DNA from: Escherichia coli
Lineage (GTDB): Bacteria; Pseudomonadota; Gammaproteobacteria; Enterobacterales; Enterobacteriaceae
Strand: one strand, 5' to 3'
Length of the DNA stretch: 64,000 nucleotides
NCBI RefSeq assembly: GCF_003334765.1
Contig: NZ_QOWT01000002.1
Part shown: positions 19,709 through 28,928 of the stretch, in pieces
Layout: every line of letters starts with the position of its first letter
Position numbering within the stretch: the stretch's first letter is position 1
Made by a program: the position numbers and the translations under genes
Notes under the pieces: generated by a model
Database searches by the model: none
The model's input: the letters and a program-made list of their open reading frames with translations, nothing else
Told to the model about the DNA's origin: nothing

Positions 19709-22700
19709 ATGAGACACTTTATCTATCAGGACGAAAAATCACATAAATTCTGGGCGGTGGAGCAACAGGGAAACGAGTTGCATATCAGTTGGGGAAAAGT
19801 TGGCACCAAAGGGCAAAGTCAGATAAAAAGTTTTTCAGATGCTGCGGCAGCGGAAAAAGCGGAACTTAAGCTGATTGCGGAGAAGGTGAAGAAGGGGTAT
19901 GTGGAGCAAGCGAAGGATAATTCTTTGCAACCTTCCCAAACGGTAACGGGCTCTCTCAAGGTAGCGGACTTATCCACCATTATTCAGGAACAACCCTCTT
20001 TCGTAGCAGAAACCCGTGCGCCTGACAAAAATACAGATGCTGTTTTACCGTGGCTGGCGAAAGATATTGCTGTCGTTTTTCCGCCCGAAGTTGTACACAC
20101 CACGTTAAGTCATCGCCGCTTTCCCGGAGTTCCTGTTCAGCAAGCAGACAAATTGACCCAATTACGTCGCTTAGCCTGTAGTGTGTCGCAACGGGATAAT
20201 AAAACAGCCACATTTGACTTCAGCGCCTGTTCTTTAGAATGGCAAAACACCGTCGCCCAGGCGATCAGTCAGATCGACGGCCTGAAAACAACACAGTTAC
20301 CATCACCAGTAATGGCTGTACTCACGGCACTTGAAATGAAATGCACAAGATATAAAGTGCGTGAGGATGTTATGGATCAGATCGTCCAGGAAGGCGGTCT
20401 GGAATATGCTACTGATGTAATAATACACCTTCAACAGATTGATATTGAATGGGATTATGCGAATAATGTCATTATTATTCTGCCGTCTGGCATTGCACCT
20501 AGCTACTTGGAGCAATATTCCAGATTTGAATTACGCCTACGTAAACATTTATCACTGACGGAAGAGTCTCTCTGGCAAAAATGTGCACAAAAACTTATTG
20601 CCGCAATTCCACATATTCCAGAATGGCGGCAACCATTAATTGCTTTGTTATTACCCGAAAAACCAGAAATTGCACATGAAATTGCCCAGCGTCTACTGGG
20701 GCAAAAAAAATTACCCTCGCTTGAGTGGTTAAAAATAGTGGCGACTGATGAGCACATTCTTGCCTCATTAGAAAAATATCACGAACCATATGCCATTTTT
20801 GATGATTACTATTGTGGTGCGATATGGTCAGCCACCGTATTACAGGAGCAAGGTGTTGCAGCCCTGCCCCGATTTGCTCCCTATGCCGCAAGTGACTACT
20901 GCGCCGATGTGTTGCGTCATATCAATCATCCGTTCGCATTGACACTGCTTATACGTGTAGCCGGGCAAACTAAACGCTGTCACGATCGGATGACGAAAGC
21001 CATTGCTGCGTTCCCACATGCAGCAATGGCGGCACTGACGGAACTTCTTGGGCAAAAAGAAGAGAACAGTTGGCGCATTATGCTAATGACAATGCTTATC
21101 TCACAACCAGCACTGGCAGAACAGGTCATTCCCTGGCTCTCGACACCCGCAGTTGCCGTACTGAAATCATGCCAGCAACAACTGACACAGCCCTCAAACC
21201 ATGCCAGCGCCGATCTACTGCCAGCCGTAGTAGTCTCCCCTCCCTGGCTTTCGAAAAAGAAAAAATCGCCGATTCCGGTGCTGGATTTAGCGCCATTAGG
21301 CATTGAGCCAATCTGTTATCTGACAGAAGAAATCAGTAATCAACTTTTGGCGAAATATATCTGGTATTCAAAACACATCACGGTTAGCCATGAAGAAAGT
21401 ACTACCAACCTGTTGGCAAGGATGGGTTTTCAACGACGGATCGCTGGTACATATATTAAAGCTCCCGAAGCGGTAGTTGAGGCATGGCTAAATGAAGATT
21501 ATTCAACCTTACTAAGTGAATTTAAGGTGTTTCATTCACCTACCGGGCATTATTGGCAGTTGGGGATTTTGACAACATTGCCGCTGGAGAAAGCAGTAAA
21601 AGCATGGAATGCCCTTACCCTATCTCCACATACCGATACCGAATACTCCATGTTACATTTTGGACTCAAAGGGTTACCTGGGTTAGTAAACTCACTTGCA
21701 CGCTATCCACAAGAAGCCTTGCCCATCACGAATTACTTCGCAGCGAGTGAGCTGGCTCCTGCCGTCGCCCGTGCCTTCAACAAACTGAAAACGCTACGCG
21801 AAAACGCCCGTAGCTGGCTGTTGAAATACCCGGAACATGCCCTTACCGGCCTGCTGCCTGCGGCGCTCGGCAAAGCCGGTGAAGCACAGGATAACGCCCG
21901 CGCTGCCTTGCGTATGCTTACCGAAAACGGTCATCAGCCATTACTGCAAGAAATCGCCCGACGTTATAACCAGCCGGAAGTAACCGATGCGGTGAACGCT
22001 CTGCTTGCGCTCGATCCCTTAGATAATCACCCGACAAAAATCCCCACTCTTCCGGCCTTTTATCAGCCATCGCTCTGGACGCGCCCGGTATTAAAAGCAA
22101 ATGCCCAATCACTGCCAGATAGCGCCCTCCTCCACCTCGGTGAAATGCTCCGCTTCCCTCAGGAAGAGGCTCTGTATCCGGGATTATTGCAGGTGAAAGA
22201 CGTCTGTTCCGCCGACTCACTGGCGGGATTTGCCTGGGATCTGTTTACCGCCTGGCAGACCGCTGGCGCGCCGTCGAAAGAGAGTTGGGCGTTCACTGCG
22301 TTAGGCGTTCTCGGTAACGATGACACCGCCCGCAAACTGACGCCATTAATACGCGCCTGGCCTGGTGAATCCCAGCATAAACGCGCCACCGTTGGGTTGG
22401 ATATTCTCGCTGCTATCGGTAGTGATATCGCCCTTATGCAGCTTAACGGCATCGCCCAGAAACTGAAATTCAAAGCATTACAGGAGCGGGCAAAAGAAAA
22501 AATTGCCGACATTGCCGAGAGCCGCGAACTCACGGTGGCGGAGCTTGAAGATCGGTTAGCACCGGATCTCGGTCTGGATGATAACGGTTCGCTGCTGCTG
22601 GATTTTGGCCCACGGCAGTTCACCGTCAGCTTTGATGAAACCTTAAAACCGTTTGTGCGTGATGTTTCCGGCAGCCGCCTGAAAGACCTGCCCAAACCGA

Positions 22701-23503
22701 ACAAAAGCGATGATGAAACGCGGGCGAACGATGCGGTTAACCGCTACAAATTGCTGAAAAAAGATGCGCGTACCATCGCCGCCCAGCAGGTAGCAAGGCT
22801 GGAATCCGCCATGTGCCTGCGCCGCCGCTGGTCGCTGGAAAACTTCCAGCTCTTCCTGGTTGAGCATCCGCTGGTTCGTCACTTAACCCGCCGTCTGATT
22901 TGGGGCGTTTATAGCGCCGAAAACCAGCTACTGGCTTGCTTTCGCGTAGCAGAAGATAACAGCTCCAGCACCGCTGACGATGATCTTTTCACCCTGCCGG
23001 AAGGCGATATCTCTATCGGCACTCCTCACGTTCTGGAAATATCACCAACGGATGCTGCCGCCTTTGGTCAGCTTTTTGCCGACTACGAACTGCTACCACC
23101 GTTCCGCCAGCTCGACCGTAACAGCTACGCCCTGACAGAAGCCGAGCGCAATGCCAGTGAACTGACCCGCTGGGCAGGCAGAAAATGCCCGAGTGGTCGG
23201 GTCATGGGGCTGGCGAATAAAGGCTGGATAAAGGGCGAACCACAGGATGGAGGCTGGATCGGATGGATGATCAAACCTTTGGGTCGCTGGTCGTTAATCA
23301 TGGAAATCGATGAAGGCTTTGCGGTAGGCATGTCGCCAGCCGAACTCAGCGCTGAGCAGCTCTTAAGCAAGCTGTGGCTATGGGAAGGCAAAGCAGAAAG
23401 ATATGGCTGGGGGAGTAATTCAACACAGGAAGCGCAGTTCTCCGTAATCGATGCCATCACCGCCAGCGAGCTAATTAACGATATTGAAGCCCTGTTTGAA
23501 TAA
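19709..23503 (+). CDS. molR: MolR: N-terminal WGR domain fused to a large YehI-like (DUF4132-type) body; intact 1264-aa form
   Basis: Single uninterrupted ORF; N-terminus MRHFIYQDEKSHKFWAVEQQGNELHISWGKVGTKGQ has the WGR signature; the remainder aligns by eye with YehI. Confidence 0.85.
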   Translation: MRHFIYQDEKSHKFWAVEQQGNELHISWGKVGTKGQSQIKSFSDAAAAEKAELKLIAEKVKKGYVEQAKDNSLQPSQTVTGSLKVADLSTIIQEQPSFVAETRAPDKNTDAVLPWLAKDIAVVFPPEVVHTTLSHRRFPGVPVQQADKLTQLRRLACSVSQRDNKTATFDFSACSLEWQNTVAQAISQIDGLKTTQLPSPVMAVLTALEMKCTRYKVREDVMDQIVQEGGLEYATDVIIHLQQIDIEWDYANNVIIILPSGIAPSYLEQYSRFELRLRKHLSLTEESLWQKCAQKLIAAIPHIPEWRQPLIALLLPEKPEIAHEIAQRLLGQKKLPSLEWLKIVATDEHILASLEKYHEPYAIFDDYYCGAIWSATVLQEQGVAALPRFAPYAASDYCADVLRHINHPFALTLLIRVAGQTKRCHDRMTKAIAAFPHAAMAALTELLGQKEENSWRIMLMTMLISQPALAEQVIPWLSTPAVAVLKSCQQQLTQPSNHASADLLPAVVVSPPWLSKKKKSPIPVLDLAPLGIEPICYLTEEISNQLLAKYIWYSKHITVSHEESTTNLLARMGFQRRIAGTYIKAPEAVVEAWLNEDYSTLLSEFKVFHSPTGHYWQLGILTTLPLEKAVKAWNALTLSPHTDTEYSMLHFGLKGLPGLVNSLARYPQEALPITNYFAASELAPAVARAFNKLKTLRENARSWLLKYPEHALTGLLPAALGKAGEAQDNARAALRMLTENGHQPLLQEIARRYNQPEVTDAVNALLALDPLDNHPTKIPTLPAFYQPSLWTRPVLKANAQSLPDSALLHLGEMLRFPQEEALYPGLLQVKDVCSADSLAGFAWDLFTAWQTAGAPSKESWAFTALGVLGNDDTARKLTPLIRAWPGESQHKRATVGLDILAAIGSDIALMQLNGIAQKLKFKALQERAKEKIADIAESRELTVAELEDRLAPDLGLDDNGSLLLDFGPRQFTVSFDETLKPFVRDVSGSRLKDLPKPNKSDDETRANDAVNRYKLLKKDARTIAAQQVARLESAMCLRRRWSLENFQLFLVEHPLVRHLTRRLIWGVYSAENQLLACFRVAEDNSSSTADDDLFTLPEGDISIGTPHVLEISPTDAAAFGQLFADYELLPPFRQLDRNSYALTEAERNASELTRWAGRKCPSGRVMGLANKGWIKGEPQDGGWIGWMIKPLGRWSLIMEIDEGFAVGMSPAELSAEQLLSKLWLWEGKAERYGWGSNSTQEAQFSVIDAITASELINDIEALFE

Positions 23504-23512
23504 GGAAAGAGC

Positions 23513-26500
23513 ATGGACAAGGAATTACCGTGGCTGGCGGATAACGCCCAACTGGAACTGAAATATAAAAAAGGCAAAACGCCGCTCAGTCATCGTCGCT
23601 GGCCGGGCGAACCAGTGTCCGTTATCACTGGAAGTCTCATCCAGACATTGGGTGATGAATTGCTACAAAAAGCTGAGAAGAAAAAAAACATTGTCTGGCG
23701 TTATGAGAATTTTTCACTGGAGTGGCAGTCCGCCATCACGCAGGCCATCAACTTGATCGGCGAACACAAACCCTCAATCCCGGCCCGGACAATGGCGGCG
23801 CTAGCCTGTATCGCGCAAAATGACAGCCAACAGTTGCTCGACGAAATCGTCCAACAAGAGGGGCTGGAATATGCGACTGAGGTGGTGATTGCACGCCAGT
23901 TTATTGCGCGGTGTTATGAGAGTGATCCTCTGGTAGTGACATTGCAGTATCAGGACGAGGATTATGGCTATGGTTATCGCTCAGAAACCTATAACGAATT
24001 CGATCTCCGACTGCGTAAGCATCTCTCTCTGGCAGAGGAAAGCTGCTGGCAGCGTTGCGCCGACAAACTCATTGCCGCACTACCAGGAATAACCAAAGTT
24101 CGCCGCCCTTTTATTGCGCTGATCCTCCCGGAAAAACCAGAAATAGCCAATGAGTTGGTAGGCCTTGAATGCCCGCGAACTCATTTTCATTCTAAGGAGT
24201 GGTTAAAAGTTGTTGCTAATGACCCCACAGCGGTGAGAAAACTCGAACACTACTGGAGCCAGGATATATTTAGCGATCGAGAAGCCAGCTACATGTCGCA
24301 TGAAAACCACTTCGGCTACGCGGCCTGCGCCGCCCTTTTGCGCGAACAAGGACTGGCAGCCATTCCGCGCCTCGCGATGTATGCCCATAAAGAAGATTGC
24401 GGCAGTCTGCTGGTACAAATTAACCATCCGCAAGTCATCCGCACCTTGCTACTGGTGGCTGATAAAAACAAACCCAGCCTGCAACGTGTAGCTAAATACC
24501 ATAAAAACTTCCCCCATGCGACGCTCGCCGCACTGGCAGAACTGCTGGCGTTAACAGAACCACCAGCCCGCCCTGGTTATCCAATCATCGAAGACAAAAA
24601 GCTGCCTGCACAGCAAAAAGCACGCGATGAATACTGGCGTACGCTGTTACAAACGCTGATGGCATCGCAGCCACAACTGGCAGCAGAAGTGATGCCGTGG
24701 TTAAGTACTCAACCCCAGTCAGTGCTGAAGAGTTATTTATCGGCACCGCCCAAACCGGTTATTGATGGCACCGATAACAGCAATCTGCCAGAAATCCTCG
24801 TTTCACCACCGTGGCGTAGTAAGAAAAAAATGACAGCTCCACGTCTTGATTTGGCACCGCTCGAATTAACTCCGCAAGTTTACTGGCAACCAGGCGAACA
24901 AGAGAGGCTTGCCGCCACTGAGCCTGCCCGTTATTTCAGCACGGAATCTCTTGCGCAACGCATGGAACAAAAAAGTGGACGAGTTGTATTACAGGAACTG
25001 GGTTTTGGGGATGATGTATGGCTGTTTCTGAATTATATACTCCCCGGAAAACTGGATGCTGCACGCAATTCACTCTTTGTTCAGTGGCATTACTACCAGG
25101 GGCGGGTTGAAGAGATCCTGAATGGCTGGAACTCCCCGGAAGCACAATTAGCAGAACAGGCGCTCCGCAGCGGTCACATAGAAGCGTTAATTAACATATG
25201 GGAAAATGACAACTACTCACATTATCGTCCGGAAAAGAGTGTCTGGAACCTGTATTTATTGGCACAGTTGCCGCGTGAGATGGCTTTGACCTTCTGGCTG
25301 CGTATCAATGAGAAAAAGCATCTGTTCGCGGGTGAGGACTATTTTCTCAGTATCCTCGGATTGGATGCGCTACCAGGTCTGCTGTTGGCTTTTTCACATC
25401 GTCCAAAAGAAACATTTCCGTTAATTTTAAATTTTGGCGCAACAGAACTGGCGCTGCCTGTTGCCCACGTCTGGCGACGTTTCGCGGCGCAGCGTGATCT
25501 GGCTCGCCAGTGGATTTTACAATGGCCGGAACATACGGCTAGTGCACTTATCCCTCTTGTCTTTACCAAACCCAGCGATAATAGCGAAGCCGCATTACTT
25601 GCCCTGCGTTTACTGTACGAACAGGGACATGGCGAATTGCTACAAACCGTGGCAAACCGCTGGCAGCGTACAGATGTATGGTCTGCCCTGGAGCAGTTGC
25701 TTAAACAGGATCCAATGGACATTTACCCGGCACGCATTCCAAAAGCCCCTGATTTCTGGCATCCGGCAATGTGGTCCAGGCCTCGACTTATCACTAATAA
25801 TCAGCCTGTTACCGGTGACGCTCTGGAAATTATCGGCGAAATGCTGCGCTTTACCCAGGGGGGACGTTTTTATAGCGGGCTGGAACAACTGAAAACGTTC
25901 TGCCAGCCACAAACGCTGGCAGCTTTTGCCTGGGATCTCTTCACTGCGTGGCAACAAGCTGGTGCCCCCGCAAAAGACAACTGGGCATTTCTGGCGTTAA
26001 GTCTCTTTGGTGACGAAAGCACGGCACGGGATCTGACGACACAGATCCTCGCCTGGCCACAAGAAGGCAAATCTGCCCGTGCTGTCAGCGGCCTGAACAT
26101 CCTTACCCTGATGAATAATGATATGGCGCTGATACAGCTGCATCATATATCGCAACGGGCTAAATCCCGCCCCTTACGTGATAACGCGGCGGAATTTCTT
26201 CAGGTGGTCGCAGAAAATCGCGGGCTAAGCCAGGAAGAGCTAGCGGACAGATTAGTCCCAACCCTGGGCCTTGATGATCCGCAGGCGTTGAGTTTTGATT
26301 TTGGTCCCCGGCAGTTTACCGTTCGCTTCGATGAAAACCTCAACCCGGTTATCTTTGATCAGCAAAACGTTCGCCAGAAAAGCGTTCCCCGTTTGCGCGC
26401 CGATGACGATCAACTGAAAGCGCCCGAGGCACTGACCCGACTAAAAGGGCTAAAAAAAGATGCTACTCAGGTGAGCAAAAACCTGCTCCCGCGTCTTGAA

Positions 26501-27145
26501 GCTGCCCTACGTACCACCCGACGCTGGTCGCTGGCAGATTTTCATTCTCTGTTTGTTAATCATCCCTTTACCCGTCTGGTTACCCAGCGATTAATATGGG
26601 GGGGTTATCCGGCAAATGAACCGCGTCGTTTACTCAACGCCTTTCGTGTGGCCGCAGAGGGGGAGTTCTGCAATGCGCAAGATGAGCCAATTGACCTGCC
26701 TGCGGACGCTCTGATTGGCATTGCCCACCCGTTAGAAATGGCAGTAGAAATGCGCAGTGAATTTGCACAGCTTTTTGCCGATTACGAAATTATGCCGCCT
26801 TTTCGCCAGTTGTCGCGCCGCACGGTGCTGCTCACACCTGACGAGTCAACCAGTAACAGCCTGACTCGCTGGGAAGGTAAATCCGCTACCGTTGGGCAAC
26901 TTATGGGAATGCGATACAAAGGCTGGGAGTCAGGCTATGAGGACACATTTGTCTATGACCTGGGCGAGTACCGGCTGGTCCTTAAGTTTTCACCCGGTTT
27001 TAACCACTACAATGTTGATAGCAAAGCGTTAATGAGCTGCCGTTCTCTTCGAGTGTACCGTGACAATAAATCCGTCACTTTTGCCGAACTTGATGTGTTT
27101 GATTTGAGTGAGGCGTTAAGCGCACCTGACGTCATTTTCCATTAA
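23513..27145 (+). CDS. yehI: YehI, large DUF4132-family protein, paralogue of the MolR body (no WGR domain)
   Basis: 1210-aa ORF starting 9 nt after the molR stop with RBS aggaaaga; multiple blocks conserved with MolR. Confidence 0.85.
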   Translation: MDKELPWLADNAQLELKYKKGKTPLSHRRWPGEPVSVITGSLIQTLGDELLQKAEKKKNIVWRYENFSLEWQSAITQAINLIGEHKPSIPARTMAALACIAQNDSQQLLDEIVQQEGLEYATEVVIARQFIARCYESDPLVVTLQYQDEDYGYGYRSETYNEFDLRLRKHLSLAEESCWQRCADKLIAALPGITKVRRPFIALILPEKPEIANELVGLECPRTHFHSKEWLKVVANDPTAVRKLEHYWSQDIFSDREASYMSHENHFGYAACAALLREQGLAAIPRLAMYAHKEDCGSLLVQINHPQVIRTLLLVADKNKPSLQRVAKYHKNFPHATLAALAELLALTEPPARPGYPIIEDKKLPAQQKARDEYWRTLLQTLMASQPQLAAEVMPWLSTQPQSVLKSYLSAPPKPVIDGTDNSNLPEILVSPPWRSKKKMTAPRLDLAPLELTPQVYWQPGEQERLAATEPARYFSTESLAQRMEQKSGRVVLQELGFGDDVWLFLNYILPGKLDAARNSLFVQWHYYQGRVEEILNGWNSPEAQLAEQALRSGHIEALINIWENDNYSHYRPEKSVWNLYLLAQLPREMALTFWLRINEKKHLFAGEDYFLSILGLDALPGLLLAFSHRPKETFPLILNFGATELALPVAHVWRRFAAQRDLARQWILQWPEHTASALIPLVFTKPSDNSEAALLALRLLYEQGHGELLQTVANRWQRTDVWSALEQLLKQDPMDIYPARIPKAPDFWHPAMWSRPRLITNNQPVTGDALEIIGEMLRFTQGGRFYSGLEQLKTFCQPQTLAAFAWDLFTAWQQAGAPAKDNWAFLALSLFGDESTARDLTTQILAWPQEGKSARAVSGLNILTLMNNDMALIQLHHISQRAKSRPLRDNAAEFLQVVAENRGLSQEELADRLVPTLGLDDPQALSFDFGPRQFTVRFDENLNPVIFDQQNVRQKSVPRLRADDDQLKAPEALTRLKGLKKDATQVSKNLLPRLEAALRTTRRWSLADFHSLFVNHPFTRLVTQRLIWGGYPANEPRRLLNAFRVAAEGEFCNAQDEPIDLPADALIGIAHPLEMAVEMRSEFAQLFADYEIMPPFRQLSRRTVLLTPDESTSNSLTRWEGKSATVGQLMGMRYKGWESGYEDTFVYDLGEYRLVLKFSPGFNHYNVDSKALMSCRSLRVYRDNKSVTFAELDVFDLSEALSAPDVIFH

Positions 27146-27205
27146 AACACAGCGGGCAGTGATGCGACTGCCCGTTATCTACACGACTTACCAGCGGGGA
27201 AAGCG

Positions 27206-27523
27206 ATGATCGTGCAAAAAGAGCTGGTTGCTATTTACGATTATGAGGTCCCTGTACCTGAAGATCCGTTTTCCTTCAGACTTGAGATCCATAAATGCCC
27301 TGAATTATTTACAGGTTCCGTCTATCGACTGGAGCGATTCCGGCTACATCCAACATTTCATCAACGTGATCGAGAAGATGCTGACCCGCTAATAAATGAT
27401 GCGTTGATTTATATAAGAGATGAGTGTAATGATGAGCGGAAATTACGAGGTGAATCACCTGAAACTGTAATAGCAATTTTTAATCGTGAACTACAGAATA
27501 TATTCAACCAAGAAATAGAATAA
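27206..27523 (+). CDS. yehK: Small protein of unknown function
   Basis: 105-aa ORF MIVQKELVAIYDYEVPVPEDPF...; lies between yehI and a terminator. Confidence 0.7.
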   Translation: MIVQKELVAIYDYEVPVPEDPFSFRLEIHKCPELFTGSVYRLERFRLHPTFHQRDREDADPLINDALIYIRDECNDERKLRGESPETVIAIFNRELQNIFNQEIE

Positions 27524-27692
27524 TATACTCTAAATAATTCAAATTGGTCCGATCCGGCGCAACGTCCCAATGGCCTGGATTATAAATCTCATTATCTTAA
27601 TTGCAACGGGGTCCAGCCGTGGTTATAATTCGTTCGTTGGAACACGATGTTGCACAGGCTGCGGTGTTGGGCCTGAAAATAGTAAATAAAAG

Positions 27693-27719
27693 AACCTGCC
27701 TCACCAGCAGGTTTTTTTA
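27693..27719 (+). terminator. Intrinsic terminator after yehK
   Basis: CCTGC-ctcacca-GCAGG stem followed by TTTTTTT. Confidence 0.6.
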
Positions 27720-27829
27720 TTTACTGTGATCTGCTTTCCAGATATTTTCCGCTCAAACAACTAATGCGCCAAACATTTATTGCGCGTAAAATATCGTTTA
27801 TTTCATTAATACATTTCAGGGATGAATAT

Positions 27830-28918
27830 ATGTCACCGCAGAATAATCATCTGCAGCGTCCGCCTGCCGCTGTGTTATACGCCGATGAACTGGCAAAATT
27901 AAAACAAAATGATAACGCACCTTGCCCGCCCGGTTGGCAGTTAAGTTTGCCTGCGGCCCGTGCTTTTATCCTTGGCGATAGCGCGCAAAATATTAGCCGT
28001 AAAGTGGTGATTAGTCCCTCTGCTGTCGAACGTATGTTAGTCACTCTTGCCACCGGGCGCGGTTTGATGTTGGTGGGGGAACCTGGCACCGCAAAATCTC
28101 TCCTGTCTGAATTACTGGCAACCGCTATTAGCGGCGATGCCGGGTTAACCATCCAGGGCGGGGCATCTACCACCGAAGATCAAATCAAGTATGGCTGGAA
28201 CTACGCCCTGCTTATCAATCATGGTCCGTCAACGGAAGCGCTGGTCCCTGCCCCGCTTTATCAGGGAATGCGCGACGGCAAAATCGTCCGTTTTGAAGAG
28301 ATAACGCGTACACCGCTGGAAGTGCAAGACTGTCTGTTAGGTATGCTTTCTGACCGGGTTATGACGGTGCCGGAACTCACCAGTGAAGCCAGTCAGCTCT
28401 ATGCGCGAGAAGGCTTTAATATTATTGCCACTGCCAATACCCGCGATCGCGGCGTCAATGAGATGAGTGCCGCGCTAAAGCGTCGCTTCGATTTTGAAAC
28501 TGTCTTTCCGATTATGGATTTCGCCCAGGAGCTGGAACTGGTCGCCAGTGCTTCGGCGCGTTTGCTGGCCCATAGCGGTATTCCGCATAAAGTGCCTGAC
28601 GCGGTACTGGAGTTACTGGTCCGCACCTTCCGCGATCTGCGTGCCAACGGCGAAAAGAAAACGTCAATGGATACCCTGACGGCAATTATGTCCACCGCTG
28701 AAGCCGTGAACGTGGCCCACGCAGTGGGCGTCCGCGCCTGGTTTTTAGCGAATCGCGCAGGTGAGCCAGCCGACCTGGTGGACTGCATTGCCGGAACCAT
28801 CGTCAAAGATAATGAAGAAGATCGCGCTCGTCTGCGCCGTTACTTCGAACAGCGTGTCGCCACACATAAAGAAGCTCACTGGCAGGCTTATTATCAAGCC
28901 CGCCACCGCCTGCCGTGA
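27830..28918 (+). CDS. yehL: MoxR-like AAA+ ATPase
   Basis: ORF 27764..28918; start set at MSPQNNHLQRP (362 aa); Walker A GEPGTAKS; Walker B/sensor region RFEEITRTPLEVQDCLLGML. Confidence 0.88.
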   Translation: MSPQNNHLQRPPAAVLYADELAKLKQNDNAPCPPGWQLSLPAARAFILGDSAQNISRKVVISPSAVERMLVTLATGRGLMLVGEPGTAKSLLSELLATAISGDAGLTIQGGASTTEDQIKYGWNYALLINHGPSTEALVPAPLYQGMRDGKIVRFEEITRTPLEVQDCLLGMLSDRVMTVPELTSEASQLYAREGFNIIATANTRDRGVNEMSAALKRRFDFETVFPIMDFAQELELVASASARLLAHSGIPHKVPDAVLELLVRTFRDLRANGEKKTSMDTLTAIMSTAEAVNVAHAVGVRAWFLANRAGEPADLVDCIAGTIVKDNEEDRARLRRYFEQRVATHKEAHWQAYYQARHRLP

Positions 28919-28928
28919 GGAAAGATGC

